Numbered from the stretch's first letter, positions 39,361 to 50,974 are shown. The stretch is 64,000 nucleotides of DNA from an uncultured Pseudomonadales bacterium (GCA_943788445.1 CALSQH010000005.1:3263-67262); one strand, 5' to 3'. Numbers and translations: made by a program. Notes: a model not told the origin generated them from the letters alone.

Positions 39361-41697
39361 TTATAGCTTGAACTCTTTGGGTGGTTGCTCACCTTGAAGG
39401 TGAGTCACCAAATAGTCCCATGCTTTGCGTATTTGATAAGGACTGGCTGAATATCCCCAATTGGGATCTACAACCAGATCAAAATCTTTGTTGGCTTTCT
39501 GTAAGGCTTCTACTACCCTGAAAGTCACCGCAGCAGGTACATAATCTTGCAAACCCACCATCATCAACATTTTTCCTTTGAGGTTATTAACCAGTTCTTC
39601 TGGGTGTTTATCATCGGGGTTTGGCACCGGGCCTTCATTAAAATCACCCCAATTTGCACCCATAATCCGTGAGTCATATAACTGAGCGGCCGCTCCTACC
39701 TTGTAAAAATCGGGGTGTTTCAAGAGCCCCTCTAACACACCGTTACCGCCCATATTAAGACCACAAATACCCACACGCTCCAGATCCATATAGGGGAACC
39801 GTTCAGCCAACTGTTTGATACCTGCAACATGATCATCAATTTGGCTGGCAGAGTTCATCCAGCCATAGCTTTCATCCATAAAAGCCTTGCCTCTATGGCG
39901 ACTGCCTCGGCCATCAATTTGCACCACGATAAAACCCAGCTCCGCCAGTGCGGCGGCTTCAAAATACATCGGACCAAGAGCACTGGCCATAAAATTACCA
40001 AAAGCACCTTTAGCGGCGATAGGTAATGTGTAACCAACAAAAGACTGATCAATAACAGGATAAGATTTATCGGGTGAAAAATCTGAGGGGCGATACACCA
40101 CGCCATAGATATCGGTTTGACCATCAGCGGCTTTAAGTTTTACCGGTTCTGGCCATTGCCAGTTTTTGGCGAGACTTTTGCTGTTTGGGTATTCAAGATC
40201 AAGGATTTTCTTCCCATCTCGATCCAATAGATAGCTCGCTGGCAACTGATCTGCTCGGGTGCGTGTCACCACGGCGTAATCTCCCAAAGGCGATACACCA
40301 CTGGATGTCCCCACATAACCATTCAAAAACTGCATGAGATCTCTGGAAGAGACAGTGATGTATTCGTGATCGCTTGAGATAAGCGTGGTGATCTTTCCGG
40401 TATCAATATTGACCCGCGCTAGATCATGGTAGTAAGGATCCCGATCTTGATCGTCCGCGCGCCCCGACGTCTTGACAAATAACGCTCTGCGCTTCGCATC
40501 AAAGTGAATCATCCCCCGCACTAGCCACTGTCCGGATGTGACGGCGTTTTTAAGCTGGCCAGTTTTCAAGTCGTAAAGATAGTAATGAGACCAGCCACTG
40601 CGATCCGAATACCACAGTAATTCATTCGTTTCTGGTAGTGGTAACAGGTGCGTTTGATCACAAGTGCCTGCGAGCATATCAACTCGGGTTGCCGATATTT
40701 CTTCAAACAAAATTCGTGTGGCACCGGTGTGGGTATTAAATTCCACCACACGGGCATATTTATAATAACGATCAACATCCACAAAATACGCGTGACGGCT
40801 ATCAGTACTCCACCAGCCAAACGAATTTTCGAAGAAACCGCCTGAGCCTCCAGAAGTTGTTGGAATCCGGCCATAATTTGCGTCCTGAATATCCCCGGAC
40901 TCTAGGTCAATCGCCAATAATCGATAGGTTTCTACATGAGTATCTTCTGGAAAGGCCAGTTTTCTAAAGGTTGTTTGCGGGCGCAACGTACCGTCAGGGG
41001 GCACATGAGTCACAACGCCAATGGTCTTTATCTGTCTTTGATCGAGCTGCACGGTAAAAAGTCGTTTGCTATCGGGTGACCAAAGCGCCTGCAGCCCTAA
41101 GAAGGAGATGAACTCGTTATTGCCGTGAACGGAGCCTGGGATAGCGTATTGATAATCTTCCTGACCATCGGTGGTCAACGCTCGCTCCCCACCGGTGTTT
41201 AAGTCTCGCACCCAGATATTGTAATCGCGACTGAAGGCAACTTGTTGGCCATCAGGAGAAACCAAGTCATGGACATGAGGCTGCTCGACTTCGTTAAGGG
41301 AGCCTGACTCGTCGATAAATTCCCAACGTTTACTAAAGGCCGTGAAATTCACCGTTAATGGATTCAGGGTTATTTCAATGGCGTTGGTCGTGAGCGGACC
41401 ATTTAAGTTATTAACGGGCAAATGTTTTGCATCTACCGGCTCACCCAAGACTTCTGCGAGTGCGTTTGCCAATGTCTCATGATTAAACGCGAGCTCATTA
41501 CTTGCTGTTTCTGCATTCACCAAACGGAATTCTTTTCCATCACTCAGTTGCCGTTCATACCAGAAGCTGTTGCTGTCTTTAATCCAGACGGGGAGTAACA
41601 AAGCATTGGGGACGGAAAACTGTGATAGCGCTTTTGCTCTCTCATAGGCTGATAGTATTTTTTCAGCCTGTTATGAGCTGTTGAGTGTGTGGGTCAT
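39361..41697 (-). CDS. S9/DPP IV-like peptidase homologue; in-frame TAA at codon 9; catalytic Ser and His replaced
   Basis: SPDGQQVAFSRDYNIW, WSPDSK, GVVYRPSDF, QIDGRGS. ATG 41697 overlaps the pepQ stop; TAA at 41671-41673. Motifs read GLNMGG and PNWGY. Confidence 0.85.
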
Positions 41698-43048
41698 AAT
41701 ATTTCCTTAAAAGCCTGCCGTGTGAGGTTCACGGGGCCATCTGTTGTGATCAATATATTGTCTTCTATGCGCATACCGCCATAGGGTTTGAGTTGTTCGA
41801 TGCGATCCCAGCCAATCACATTGCGATGCTCACTTTGCGCCAATGACTTCAGCAGAATGTCGATAAAGTAGATGCCCGGCTCTACGGTCAGTATTTGATT
41901 CGCTTCAATAACGCGTCGCATCTTATGTTTAGGTTCATTGGAATCGATTAGGGTGCCGCTAATATCGGCTTGATTTCCGCCGACATCGTGAACTTGCAAA
42001 CCCAGGAAGTGACTCACATTGTGTGGCATAAAGTATTTGATTAGATCCAGCTCGACTGCTGAATCTGGCTCGAGATTAATGATTTGAAACTCTTTTAGTA
42101 GTCCTGCAAGCTGATGCATGGCTAGGATATGATTATCTATGTACTGAGCTCCTACCCTGAGGGCCTTAACAATTGTTTGCTGTACTGTATCTAAGGCCGA
42201 AATCATCTCTGCATATAAGCCCTCTCTGTAAGCATAGGTTCGACAGGTATCTGCGGCATAACCGTTATAGGTAGCGCCTGCATCAATTAACAAGCTATGA
42301 CGTTTATCGGCAGTAATGCGGTTTGTGTCTCTGCCAGAATAATGCAAGATGCCTGCGTGTTCGTTGATACCTATGATGCTTGCAAAAGCCAGCTGCTCTT
42401 CCGGTTGTTGGCACGCTTGCTGGAATGCCAAGGCAATGTCTAATTCACTGGCACCAGTATAAAAAGCCTCCCGTGCTGCCGCTATGCCCCTGAACAGTAA
42501 TACGATTCGCTTCTGCCACACAGCGTTGCTCATACTCTGTTTTGTAACTGCGGTACCAGTTGAGTTCGTGAATAAGGGCTTCTGGATTGTGCTGACCCAA
42601 ATCCCACGATTGAATACTCTCGTTGCTTTCACCTAAAAATGCGCAATGTTTTGTGTTACCAAAATATTGCTGTGCATCTTCTTTTTCCCTCAACGGGATT
42701 ATTTCAAAATAGGATGACCAAAAGGTTGAAGGCAAATCAGGCGTTCCGTGCCAGAAATCGTCTGGCTGAAACAGTAATAACAAGGGTTTTTCAGAGGTCT
42801 TCCAGATAACCCAGCTTTCAGGCGCATCGCATAATGGAACAATGGCTTTAAACTGCAAATTAACAAAAAATGGGTACTGAATATCATCCTGAAACCGTTT
42901 CTTGATTGCACCGCTGTATACGATCAGTGACTCGAAATTATGGTTCTCTAGCGCACGGTCATAGACTTCGCGCAGGTGATTAAAGTGCGCATCGTAGCTC
43001 TGAGCTAATTGAGATTGAAGGTCTGTTTGAGAGATGATTATCTAACAT
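41694..43048 (-). pseudogene. pepQ: Xaa-Pro dipeptidase, two frameshifts as sequenced
   Basis: FQDDIQYPFFVNLQFKAIVP, QPDDFWH, LLIDAGA, YAADTCRT, PHNVSH...LQVHDVGG, TVEPGIYF, RIEDN. Extra bases near 43030 and 42482. Confidence 0.88.
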
Positions 43049-43051
43049 CGT

Positions 43052-44460
43052 TTAGGCTTCCCTCGTGTTGGTTCGTGGAAGCATTCGGGTACTGAAGATA
43101 TAGCGATAATGACCTGAATCATCAGGCTCAAGAAAACGAAGCTTCCCGCCTGGAACGCCCTCCTCGCTAAAGCCCATCCATAACGCATCATCCAGTGGCT
43201 TAAGGTAGGTCTTTACGGCTGGGGCCTTGGTTGCAAGGTCTTTATAGACCGCGGTGAGCTGTCCATTTTCTAATCTTATGGCGTAGTGCTCACCGGAGGA
43301 TTGATAGTCACCAATGTAATGGGATAAGCTGCTCATCAGGTACCGTTGTAAATGATGGTTCCGGTTCGGTTAAATCAAAGTCAGCCAATTCCTTTAACAA
43401 GGCATTGATGACCGTTTGATAGGCTACCTCGGCATGTTCAGCATTCACCAGAACCGCAATACAGGTATCTTGATCGGCAACAATTCTAAGCATCGACATC
43501 TGGCCGTAAGTGCCACCACCATGACCATAAATCAAACGGCCATTGGCATTGAGACGATGTCAGCCCCAGTTCAGCCCCATGAGCTGGTTGTCACACTAGA
43601 CAAGGATGGCATTTCTATTTGTGGCTTCTGCATCTGCGCTACGGCAGTTTCCGATAACCAACGCTCACCATTTTGAGTAAGGCCACGATCCATATGCGCT
43701 CGGGCAAAGGTAATCAGGTCTCTGGCACTCATGGTGATTGTTGCGCCAGCGGGTGCCTGCCCCAGCGATAAATAGAGTTGTTGAGTTTGCTGCCAATAGT
43801 CTGGGCTATCGGGCCCTGAACTCTCGGGGTTAGGAATATGGCCAATAGCGGCACGATAACGCAGAACATCCATGGGGCGACAGATAGCGTGGTTCATACC
43901 CAGCGGCTTAAATATTCGTTCCTCAATCGCATCAAACCACGTGGTACCAGTTACAACCTCGACCAAGCGGCCTGCTATTGCAAAGGCTGTATTTGAATAG
44001 GAATACTGTTCACCGACAGGGTGTACAAGTGGGAGTAAATTACAGCGATCGACAAAACGAGCAATCGGGTTGCCTGTTTGGTGATGATCATCGGGAAGAA
44101 ATCACCATCCATACCGTTGGTGTGATTAAGTAATTGGCGCACGGTAATAGATTCGGTGGCCTCTTCGTCGGCAATGGCGAAATCACGGATATACTGTTTA
44201 ACAGGTTTATCCAGGTCGACCTTGCCTTCGTCCACCAATTGCATGACTAAACTGGAGGTCATTACTTTGGAGATAGAACCAATTTGAAAAATGGAATCGG
44301 TGGTGGCTTCTACACCGGTTTCTAGATTTAGGATACCTGCGGCGGCTTGGTGTAATTGACCGTTGTGCCACACAGCCAATGAAATGGCCGGTATTTTGTG
44401 GGTGTCAATCAGGCTTTCAGCATAGGCCTGAAAATCTTCGAGAATTGAAGTCTTAAGCAT
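43052..44460 (-). pseudogene. Beta-lactamase-family serine hydrolase, split into four ORFs by frameshifts
   Basis: Intact motifs FQIGSISK (SxxK), YSYSN and YGHGGG spread across frames. Confidence 0.85.
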
Positions 44461-45911
44461 TAGCGTTCCTACGTGGAGATGATGATGCGATTTGGGTATC
44501 GAGACGGCGGCGAATAATTCCGTGGCGGCGGGTGTTAATGGGGCTCAGTACAATCAACACCAGCGCGATAAGAATAAAAAACATGGGCAGCCAGGCCATA
44601 CCGATCAATAGACCAACAACACCCTCTGCGGTTTGAACTGTCGTAGTTGCATCTAGGCCATACCAACCGGCAATGGCTAAACCCAGACCACCACCAACGG
44701 CAATATTGAATTTACCTAAAAACATAAACAGTCGCGTAATAGGTTGCGGTATTTTCGATGCGGTATTTCAAGGTACTGTAATCGATAATCTCCGAGAGCA
44801 TGGCGGGTGCAAAGGCCATCATGCAGACCCCCCCACGGTATTTATTGTCTGTAAAACCAATAACTCACGAAAACCTGAACCTTCGGGCGTTAATAGAGAG
44901 GCATAAAGAAACTGAGATCAGTAAAATCATCGCCATTGAAAGAACTCGTTTTTTTACCTAAGATAATGGCTAACTTGCACCAGACTAGGCGTAGCGATAA
45001 TGCCCACAATAAAGGACAGTAGAACACTTGCGCAAAATCTCTCCCAAGCCTAAATAGCTATCGACATAGAGAAAAACTAAGGCCATACCACATGCCAGCC
45101 GCAAAGCCATAGGCTAAAAAGGCGCTAAAGAAAGTCACTAGAGGTTTATTGCCCAATAAGAGATTGAAATAAGTCCAAAGACTTGTTTTGTTCTTTTCGT
45201 CAGCATCTGTTTACTGTTGATCAACGCCAGAAGAGGCGCAAACGTTCGGGGTATTTTTTAATACAGAGATACAACAAAGGCAACATCAAAACAGCCGCAG
45301 ATGATCACCGATACTTTTAAGGTTTCTGGCGTAATATCTTGTGTATCAAAAAACGGCAACAAGCGGCACCAGATAAAAACAGACCATACCCAATGATCCG
45401 GCCACACTGCGGAAACTGAAAATTTTGGCTTTGTCCTTAGAGCGTTATGCAAGCTCGCTTGCCCAAGCACATGGGGAATTTCAAACAGCGTCATAGCTAA
45501 ATAAAGCGCCATAAACCAAAAGGTAAAATAGGCAACGCTGACGTTGCTGGATTCACCAACAGTCATCGCCACTAGGCACATATAAGAAAATAGGCGCTGA
45601 GTATCAAGCAGAATCCGCCAGACAAAATAAAAGGCTTTCGGGTACCGGTGCGACGAGCATAGCGGTCAGAGTAGTAACCAATCAAGGGATCAGTAATGGC
45701 ATCAAAAAAACGGGCCAGTAGAATTATCGTGGCCAGTGTTGTTAATGAAAACCATAATATTTTGCATATATTCCCTGAAGAATCGGAATAGGAGCGCCCA
45801 ACCAAGTCATTGTTAGATAGGGTGCGAATAAGTACAGGAATCACTTAAGAGAAAGCTATGGCTACCTGCTTCGACTCTAACTAGAGATGGTTTGATGGTT
45901 GATACTGCCAT
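44453..45911 (-). pseudogene. GPH/MelB-like MFS transporter, heavily frameshifted
   Basis: ARFFDAITDPLIGYYSDR...GTRKPF, YLAMTLFEIPH, KFNIAVGGG fragments. 5' boundary approximate. Confidence 0.8.
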
Positions 45912-45956
45912 AAGTAGTGCTCTTAACTAGTACAGCTGAGAAGGAGAGGCTTAGAA

Positions 45957-45994
45957 AGATCACAGCAACATTTTTACAAATGCTGCTGTGATCT
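45957..45994 (-). terminator. Hairpin after the TonB receptor stop (terminator or mRNA stabiliser)
   Basis: agatcacagcaacattt-ttac-aaatgctgctgtgatct. Confidence 0.6.
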
Positions 45995-46011
45995 TAGTAA
46001 TAGGTCAAACA

Positions 46012-48730
46012 TCAGAATTGATAAGTCAGATTTAAACCAATAGTACGAGGGCGAATACGATAAGCCGTACTATCTGCGCCGAGAACCACACCAGATTCTC
46101 AACCCAAGTAACACCATCGCCATTAGTCAGATTATTAACAAATATATCTGCAGTGATTTGATCAAACTGCAATACCCGCTTTTAAGATTGACTTGCCCGA
46201 AACCACCGGCAGGCGTCTGACCAGCGCCGCTACCTATGCTACTAAAATAATCACTAATGTAGGTATAGTCAACCGGGCAAAGCTGTTGTGATTTGCCAAG
46301 GTAAATTCATATTGCACACCAAGACTCAAGTTAAAATCTGATGAACCCGGCAGATTATCTCCATCACTGCCAATACTTGAATCACCGACTAATGTTGTTT
46401 CACCATAAGACGCGCTCAGATCAGTTCGGAAGTTTTCACTTAACTGTGCCTGCATTTCAATTTCAACACCCTCGGCTTTTGCTTTACCCGCATTAAGTGA
46501 AAGAAAACAATTGGCCACAGGGTTAACGCGCACGGGAATATCTTCCCAATTAATACGATAAAGTGCGGCATTGAAGGTAATACGGTTATCGGCGAAGGAT
46601 GATTTAAAACCTAATTCGATATTTTCTGTTGTATCTGGACCAAGCTTGTCTGGAGAAGGTATACCTTGCGCAGTACATCCAGGTATCTCATTTAGCGCAC
46701 TGCCTGGACGAAACCCCTCAGACCACTGAGTATAGAGCAGCATATCTTCATTAGGGGTATAGCTGAGATTAGCCTTATATAGCTGACCCTTATCGACAAC
46801 ATTGGTTATCGTTGGAATAGTTAATACAGTGCTAAATTTGTATACTCTATTGATATCTCTCTCATACTCATAATGACGCCCACCAATGGTTGCAGTGAGT
46901 TGATCCGTAAAAGCGTAAGATAACTCCCCGAAAAATGACTCCTGCTGAAGCGTTTCGATCCCTGTAGTGGATTGCAGAGGGACGCCTGAATCTTGGGATA
47001 CATCGCCGGTCCAGTCATGTTCAAAGCGTCCGTATACCGATTCATTATCGCTATAGTAAAGACCGGCAACAAACTGAAGCGGGCCGTCAAGATTGGACGC
47101 TAGCCGCAGCTCTTGAGTGAAAGCCTCCGTATTTCTCTCATTAAAGGAGCCATAAGGTTGATCAGCAAGCCCGAAAAGAGCTGAAAAATAAGTAAGATCG
47201 GTTTCATTCCTTACATCGTAATTAACCCAAGAGGATGCACTCGTCACTGTGCCCCAACCAAGCTCGTAATTGACAACCAGACTAGTGATATCAACTTCAT
47301 TCTCAAGTAATTCGAAACTACTGCCTCCGACTCCAGTGTTAACACGACGCTGTTGATAGTCACCGGCCAAATTCAGACTCACTTCGGGTATACCATCCTG
47401 TTCGATATCTTGCTCGAGATAAGAGAGCGTGATATCCAGCTCATCGATAGGTTGCCATAAGGTGGTTAAACGAAAACCTGTGTATTGATCATTGCCTACA
47501 TCGTCCCGATCATTTGCAACTCCGCCATAAACACCTGTGGTTGTGGCAAGGCCAGGGACTGACTGACTAACAACAACATTATCTATGTAACCACTGTTAT
47601 CAAATTGATAGACAACCCCTCGAACAGCAAGTTTATCTTCAATTAAAGGCACATTAAGCACCGCTTGCACCATGGTGTTATCGCCACCCCTTTCTCCTGT
47701 TTGGGAATAGCGAGTCGCTAACTTACCTTCCATCTCTTGCAAATTAGGCGCGACAGGTAGAACACGAACGGTTCCGGCCATTGAGTCTGAGCCGTATAAG
47801 GTGCCCTGCGGGCCACGTAACACCTCAATGCGCTCGATATCCACCAACTTGAGATCTATGTTTCCTTGAGTAGCGATAATACTTGCAGGTTGGAATCCCG
47901 CTAGTGGTGTCTCACCAAAATAGATACCCGCCGAACCCGACTGGCCTTGCGGGTCACCTGAGAGCCCACGGATGACGACACTATTTTGACCGGCGCCAAG
48001 GTCTTGCATGCTTATTCCCGGCAGTGTTCTCAGGTAATCATCCATCCCCACCAACCCACGTTTCTCAATCGTATCCCCACTCAACGCAGAAATCGCCATA
48101 GCAGTATCCTGAATACTCGTCCCTGCTCCGCGCTTACTTGCCGTTACAATAATTTCATCAATTTGATTTTGCTGCGTTGCAGCCTTGATCGCTATCTACA
48201 CCCTGTGCGGTTGCACCTGCTGCAAACATCGCTATAAATGTTGCCAGTAAATTTTTCCGTTTATTTATATTCATTCTCTTCCCCTTACCGTTTTGGTTAG
48301 CGGGGTAGCTCGCATTCTCAGTCAGTGAGATGGTGAGTACCCCATCCACAAGGTCGCTTTTTAGTCCTGTGTTTTGCAGAAGACGATTGGTTGCTTCTAA
48401 CAGGGTGAAGTGTCCATTGACTGGATTGGCTGTCCGGGATTTTGCAAGCTGGTATGAGAAGAGGAATTGTGCGCCGGTGTGCGTGGCTAAATCGTTTAGC
48501 GACTCGGCTACCGTTTGCTGTGGTAGGTTGAGTGTGTAGCGTGCTTGGTGTATTTGATGTTGCTTTGCGGTTTCGTTAGCTACCGCAGGTGCGGTGCTTA
48601 ATACAGCGCAAAGCGAACTGGTTATTATCAAATAAAACACAAGCGTGCGACTTGCCATCCAATTTATACACGAGGCATTCATTGTTTTGTTTGCCCCATT
48701 CCCTTTCCCATGGTTTGGCTTGTTGTCCAT
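46012..48730 (-). pseudogene. TonB-dependent receptor/transducer with STN domain, frameshifted near 48187 and several times in 46050-46280
   Basis: STN (NLPQQTVAESLNDLATHTGAQF), TonB box DEIIVTA, plug end ERIEVLRGPQGTLYG, C-terminal RPRTIGLNLTYQF-stop at 46012. Confidence 0.88.
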
Positions 48731-48761
48731 GGCAGCACCACTTCATGTGGCCTTGTGTGAT

Positions 48762-48793
48762 GTAAAACTTTTGGGAATGAGAAACCCGCTAGT
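48762..48793 (-). promoter_or_regulatory. Candidate ECF-sigma promoter of the receptor
   Basis: Minus strand ACTAGCGG-N16-AGTTTTAC; identical boxes and spacing at 50835-50866. Confidence 0.7.
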
Positions 48794-48932
48794 GGGGTTG
48801 GCATTTTTTTATTGCTGGGGGTTTTGGCTTGTATGGTTGTGGCCCTCCCTGGGGTTGGTGGTGGTTTTGGTGGGTGATTTTTTTAAGTGTAGTTGAGGAT
48901 TTTGGGGTTGGTGGGGGTTAGAGTGGTGGGTT

Positions 48933-48991
48933 AGATCCCTCGTCGCCTTGCTCTGTCGGGATGACAAAAATGAGGCTCTGGCGGGATGACA
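48933..48991. repeat. REP-like palindrome plus partial second unit
   Basis: agatccctcgtcgccttgctctgtcgggatgaca, then gctctggcgggatgaca. Confidence 0.8.
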
Positions 48992-49016
48992 GGGATAAAA
49001 GAGGGTTTATCCTCTG

Positions 49017-50111
49017 TCATTTAAGGGCTAGGTGGACGGTGCTGGGGTTGGGGCGGCTGACTTGTATGCCAAAGCTGGTTTCTAGGACTTTTAACATGGC
49101 TTCGGTTTCGCCAACTTTGAATTGACCGCCGATGGTGATGGCGGCGACATTGGGGTCGGTGATTTGTATTTCTAACTGGGTGTAGCGGTTTACTTCACTG
49201 ACTACTTGGGCGAGAGGTTCTCCGGTAAATAGCAGTAGGCCTTTGCGCCATGAGAGTTGTTTGTCGATTTCTTTTTGTTTAAGTTCTTGTACCTGGTTGC
49301 CTAGCCCTGCTTTGACCTGTGGCTGGAATATTACGCTCTGCCCTTTTTCTAGATAGCCTCTGTCGGTTTGTTGGGCCAGTTGTAGGGTTTGTGTCGGCTG
49401 CATGGTCTCTGTGGGCTGAGAGGCACTGCTGGCGAGGGCGACTTTGCCTTCGGTAACGATAACTTTGACGGCTTGCTGGTCGAGTCTAACGGAGAAGGCG
49501 GTGCCGACGGCGCGGACCATGCCTTCGCCTGCGCTTACCACGAAGGGTCGCTGCGGGTCTTTGGCGACGTCGAAGTGGGCTTCTCCGGCGGTTAGGACGA
49601 TGTTGCGCTGGTTGCCTAGGTAGTTGACCTGTATTTGGCTGTCGGTGTTGAGCTGAATAACTGAGCCGTCGACGAGGGTGATGGTGTTTTGTTCGCCAAT
49701 TCGGGTTTCGTAGATGCCGTTGCCGGATACGCCGTCTCTGTTAAAGGGCATTAGGCTTAGGGCGATTGCGACGGTTAGGCTAACGGCGACGCCCATGGTG
49801 GCGGTGACTTGCCAGCCGTGGCTAAACAGTTGTTTAAATTGATAGCGCAGGTTGGCGAGCAGGCCGTCACGCTGGCTGCCGGGCAGTGGGAATGAGAGTT
49901 CGGTGAGCCGGTTGGCGCTGTGCCAGTGTTGGGTGAGGCGCTTGAGCTGCTGTCTGTGCTCTGGGCTGCGCTGCATCCACTCTTTGAGGTCGGCGAGTTG
50001 TTCGGCACTGGGCGGTGTTTCGCTGTCGAGGCGCACTAGCCAGTCTGCGGCTTGCTCTTCGATAAGGTTCTCGACACTGCTTTGTGATGTTAGCTCGTGG
50101 ATATTATCCAT
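49017..50111 (-). CDS. FecR-family anti-sigma factor
   Basis: EQAADWLVRL, TM helix, YETRIGEQ...LNTDSQI...GEAHFDVAKD...VRAVGTAFSV, SWRKGLLLF. Confidence 0.95.
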   Translation of the reverse strand: MDNIHELTSQSSVENLIEEQAADWLVRLDSETPPSAEQLADLKEWMQRSPEHRQQLKRLTQHWHSANRLTELSFPLPGSQRDGLLANLRYQFKQLFSHGWQVTATMGVAVSLTVAIALSLMPFNRDGVSGNGIYETRIGEQNTITLVDGSVIQLNTDSQIQVNYLGNQRNIVLTAGEAHFDVAKDPQRPFVVSAGEGMVRAVGTAFSVRLDQQAVKVIVTEGKVALASSASQPTETMQPTQTLQLAQQTDRGYLEKGQSVIFQPQVKAGLGNQVQELKQKEIDKQLSWRKGLLLFTGEPLAQVVSEVNRYTQLEIQITDPNVAAITIGGQFKVGETEAMLKVLETSFGIQVSRPNPSTVHLALK

Positions 50112-50709
50112 GTTGTTGCTCTACCTTTTTATCAACGCTGTTGTTTGCTGGTTGCGCGTTATTCGGTTGGTTGTCGCCGGTGCGCTGCTGTATAAAACTG
50201 GCGCAGTCTCTTACACCTTTCGACATGTGCTTTTCGACGGTGCTGATGGCGATATTCAGTTCCTCGGCTATTTCTTTGTGGCTCATGCCATGTACTTTGC
50301 GCATTAAATAAACGCGCCGACACCGGGGCGGTAATTGCGCGGCCGCTTCGCAGTGAATGCCTATAAGTTGCTCGGCCATTACTTGGTCTTCTACCGAGTC
50401 TTCTATCCATAGAACTGCTGACTCGTCGATGTCCGCTATATAGTCGATGATTTGATGGGATTTTTTAGTTAATTCTGTGATGGCGACATTGTGAGCGATG
50501 CGGAATAAGAATGATTTCGGTTGTTCGATGGGCCGGCCTTTTTCGGCTCTGTAGGCACGTAGAAAGGCTTCTTGGGCAACGTCGTCTATATCTTGAGGGC
50601 GCTGAACAATACGCGAGATAAAGCGTCGCAGTGCGCCTTGGTGGTTTTGGAAGGCTTGCAGTATAGATGTCTGTTGGCTTTCCTGCTGTTTGTTGTGTTT
50701 TTTCATCAC
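50104..50709 (-). CDS. FecI-like ECF sigma factor
   Basis: DIDDVAQEAFLR, FLFRIAHN, LPPRCRRVYLMRKVHGMSHKEIAEEL; overlaps the fecR start. Confidence 0.95.
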   Translation of the reverse strand: MMKKHNKQQESQQTSILQAFQNHQGALRRFISRIVQRPQDIDDVAQEAFLRAYRAEKGRPIEQPKSFLFRIAHNVAITELTKKSHQIIDYIADIDESAVLWIEDSVEDQVMAEQLIGIHCEAAAQLPPRCRRVYLMRKVHGMSHKEIAEELNIAISTVEKHMSKGVRDCASFIQQRTGDNQPNNAQPANNSVDKKVEQQHG

Positions 50710-50834
50710 TGCTTCGTCCGTGGTTGAGCCAGTGAATTTCTTGTACCGATTTGCGCGGCAATGCAGTGGCTCTACCCTTTAGTGATAATGTAGAAACTGC
50801 GCTTTGGCAAGTCGTGCAATGAAACCCCTCAGTA

Positions 50835-50866
50835 GTAAAACTGCTGGGGTGCGGGAATCCGCTAGT
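50835..50866 (-). promoter_or_regulatory. Candidate autoregulatory ECF promoter upstream of the sigma gene
   Basis: Minus strand ACTAGCGG-N16-AGTTTTAC. Confidence 0.7.
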
Positions 50867-50911
50867 TTGGGGGTTGGCTCTCTGTCATATTGATCGGAAT
50901 GGTTTGTGTTG

Positions 50912-50944
50912 AGGTCCCTCGTCGCTTTACTCTGTCGGGATGAT
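50912..50944. repeat. REP-like palindrome
   Basis: aggtccctcgtcgctttactctgtcgggatgat; same family as 6281 and 48933. Confidence 0.75.
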
Positions 50945-50974
50945 TCGGTGGGATAGCAATGGCTGGTCCTGCGG

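Noticed and set aside
48645-50307. + strand ORFs at 48645-48896, 49389-49595 and 49852-50307
   Set aside because: Low-complexity products of the G+T-rich strand, antisense to fecR/sigma or spanning the promoter region.
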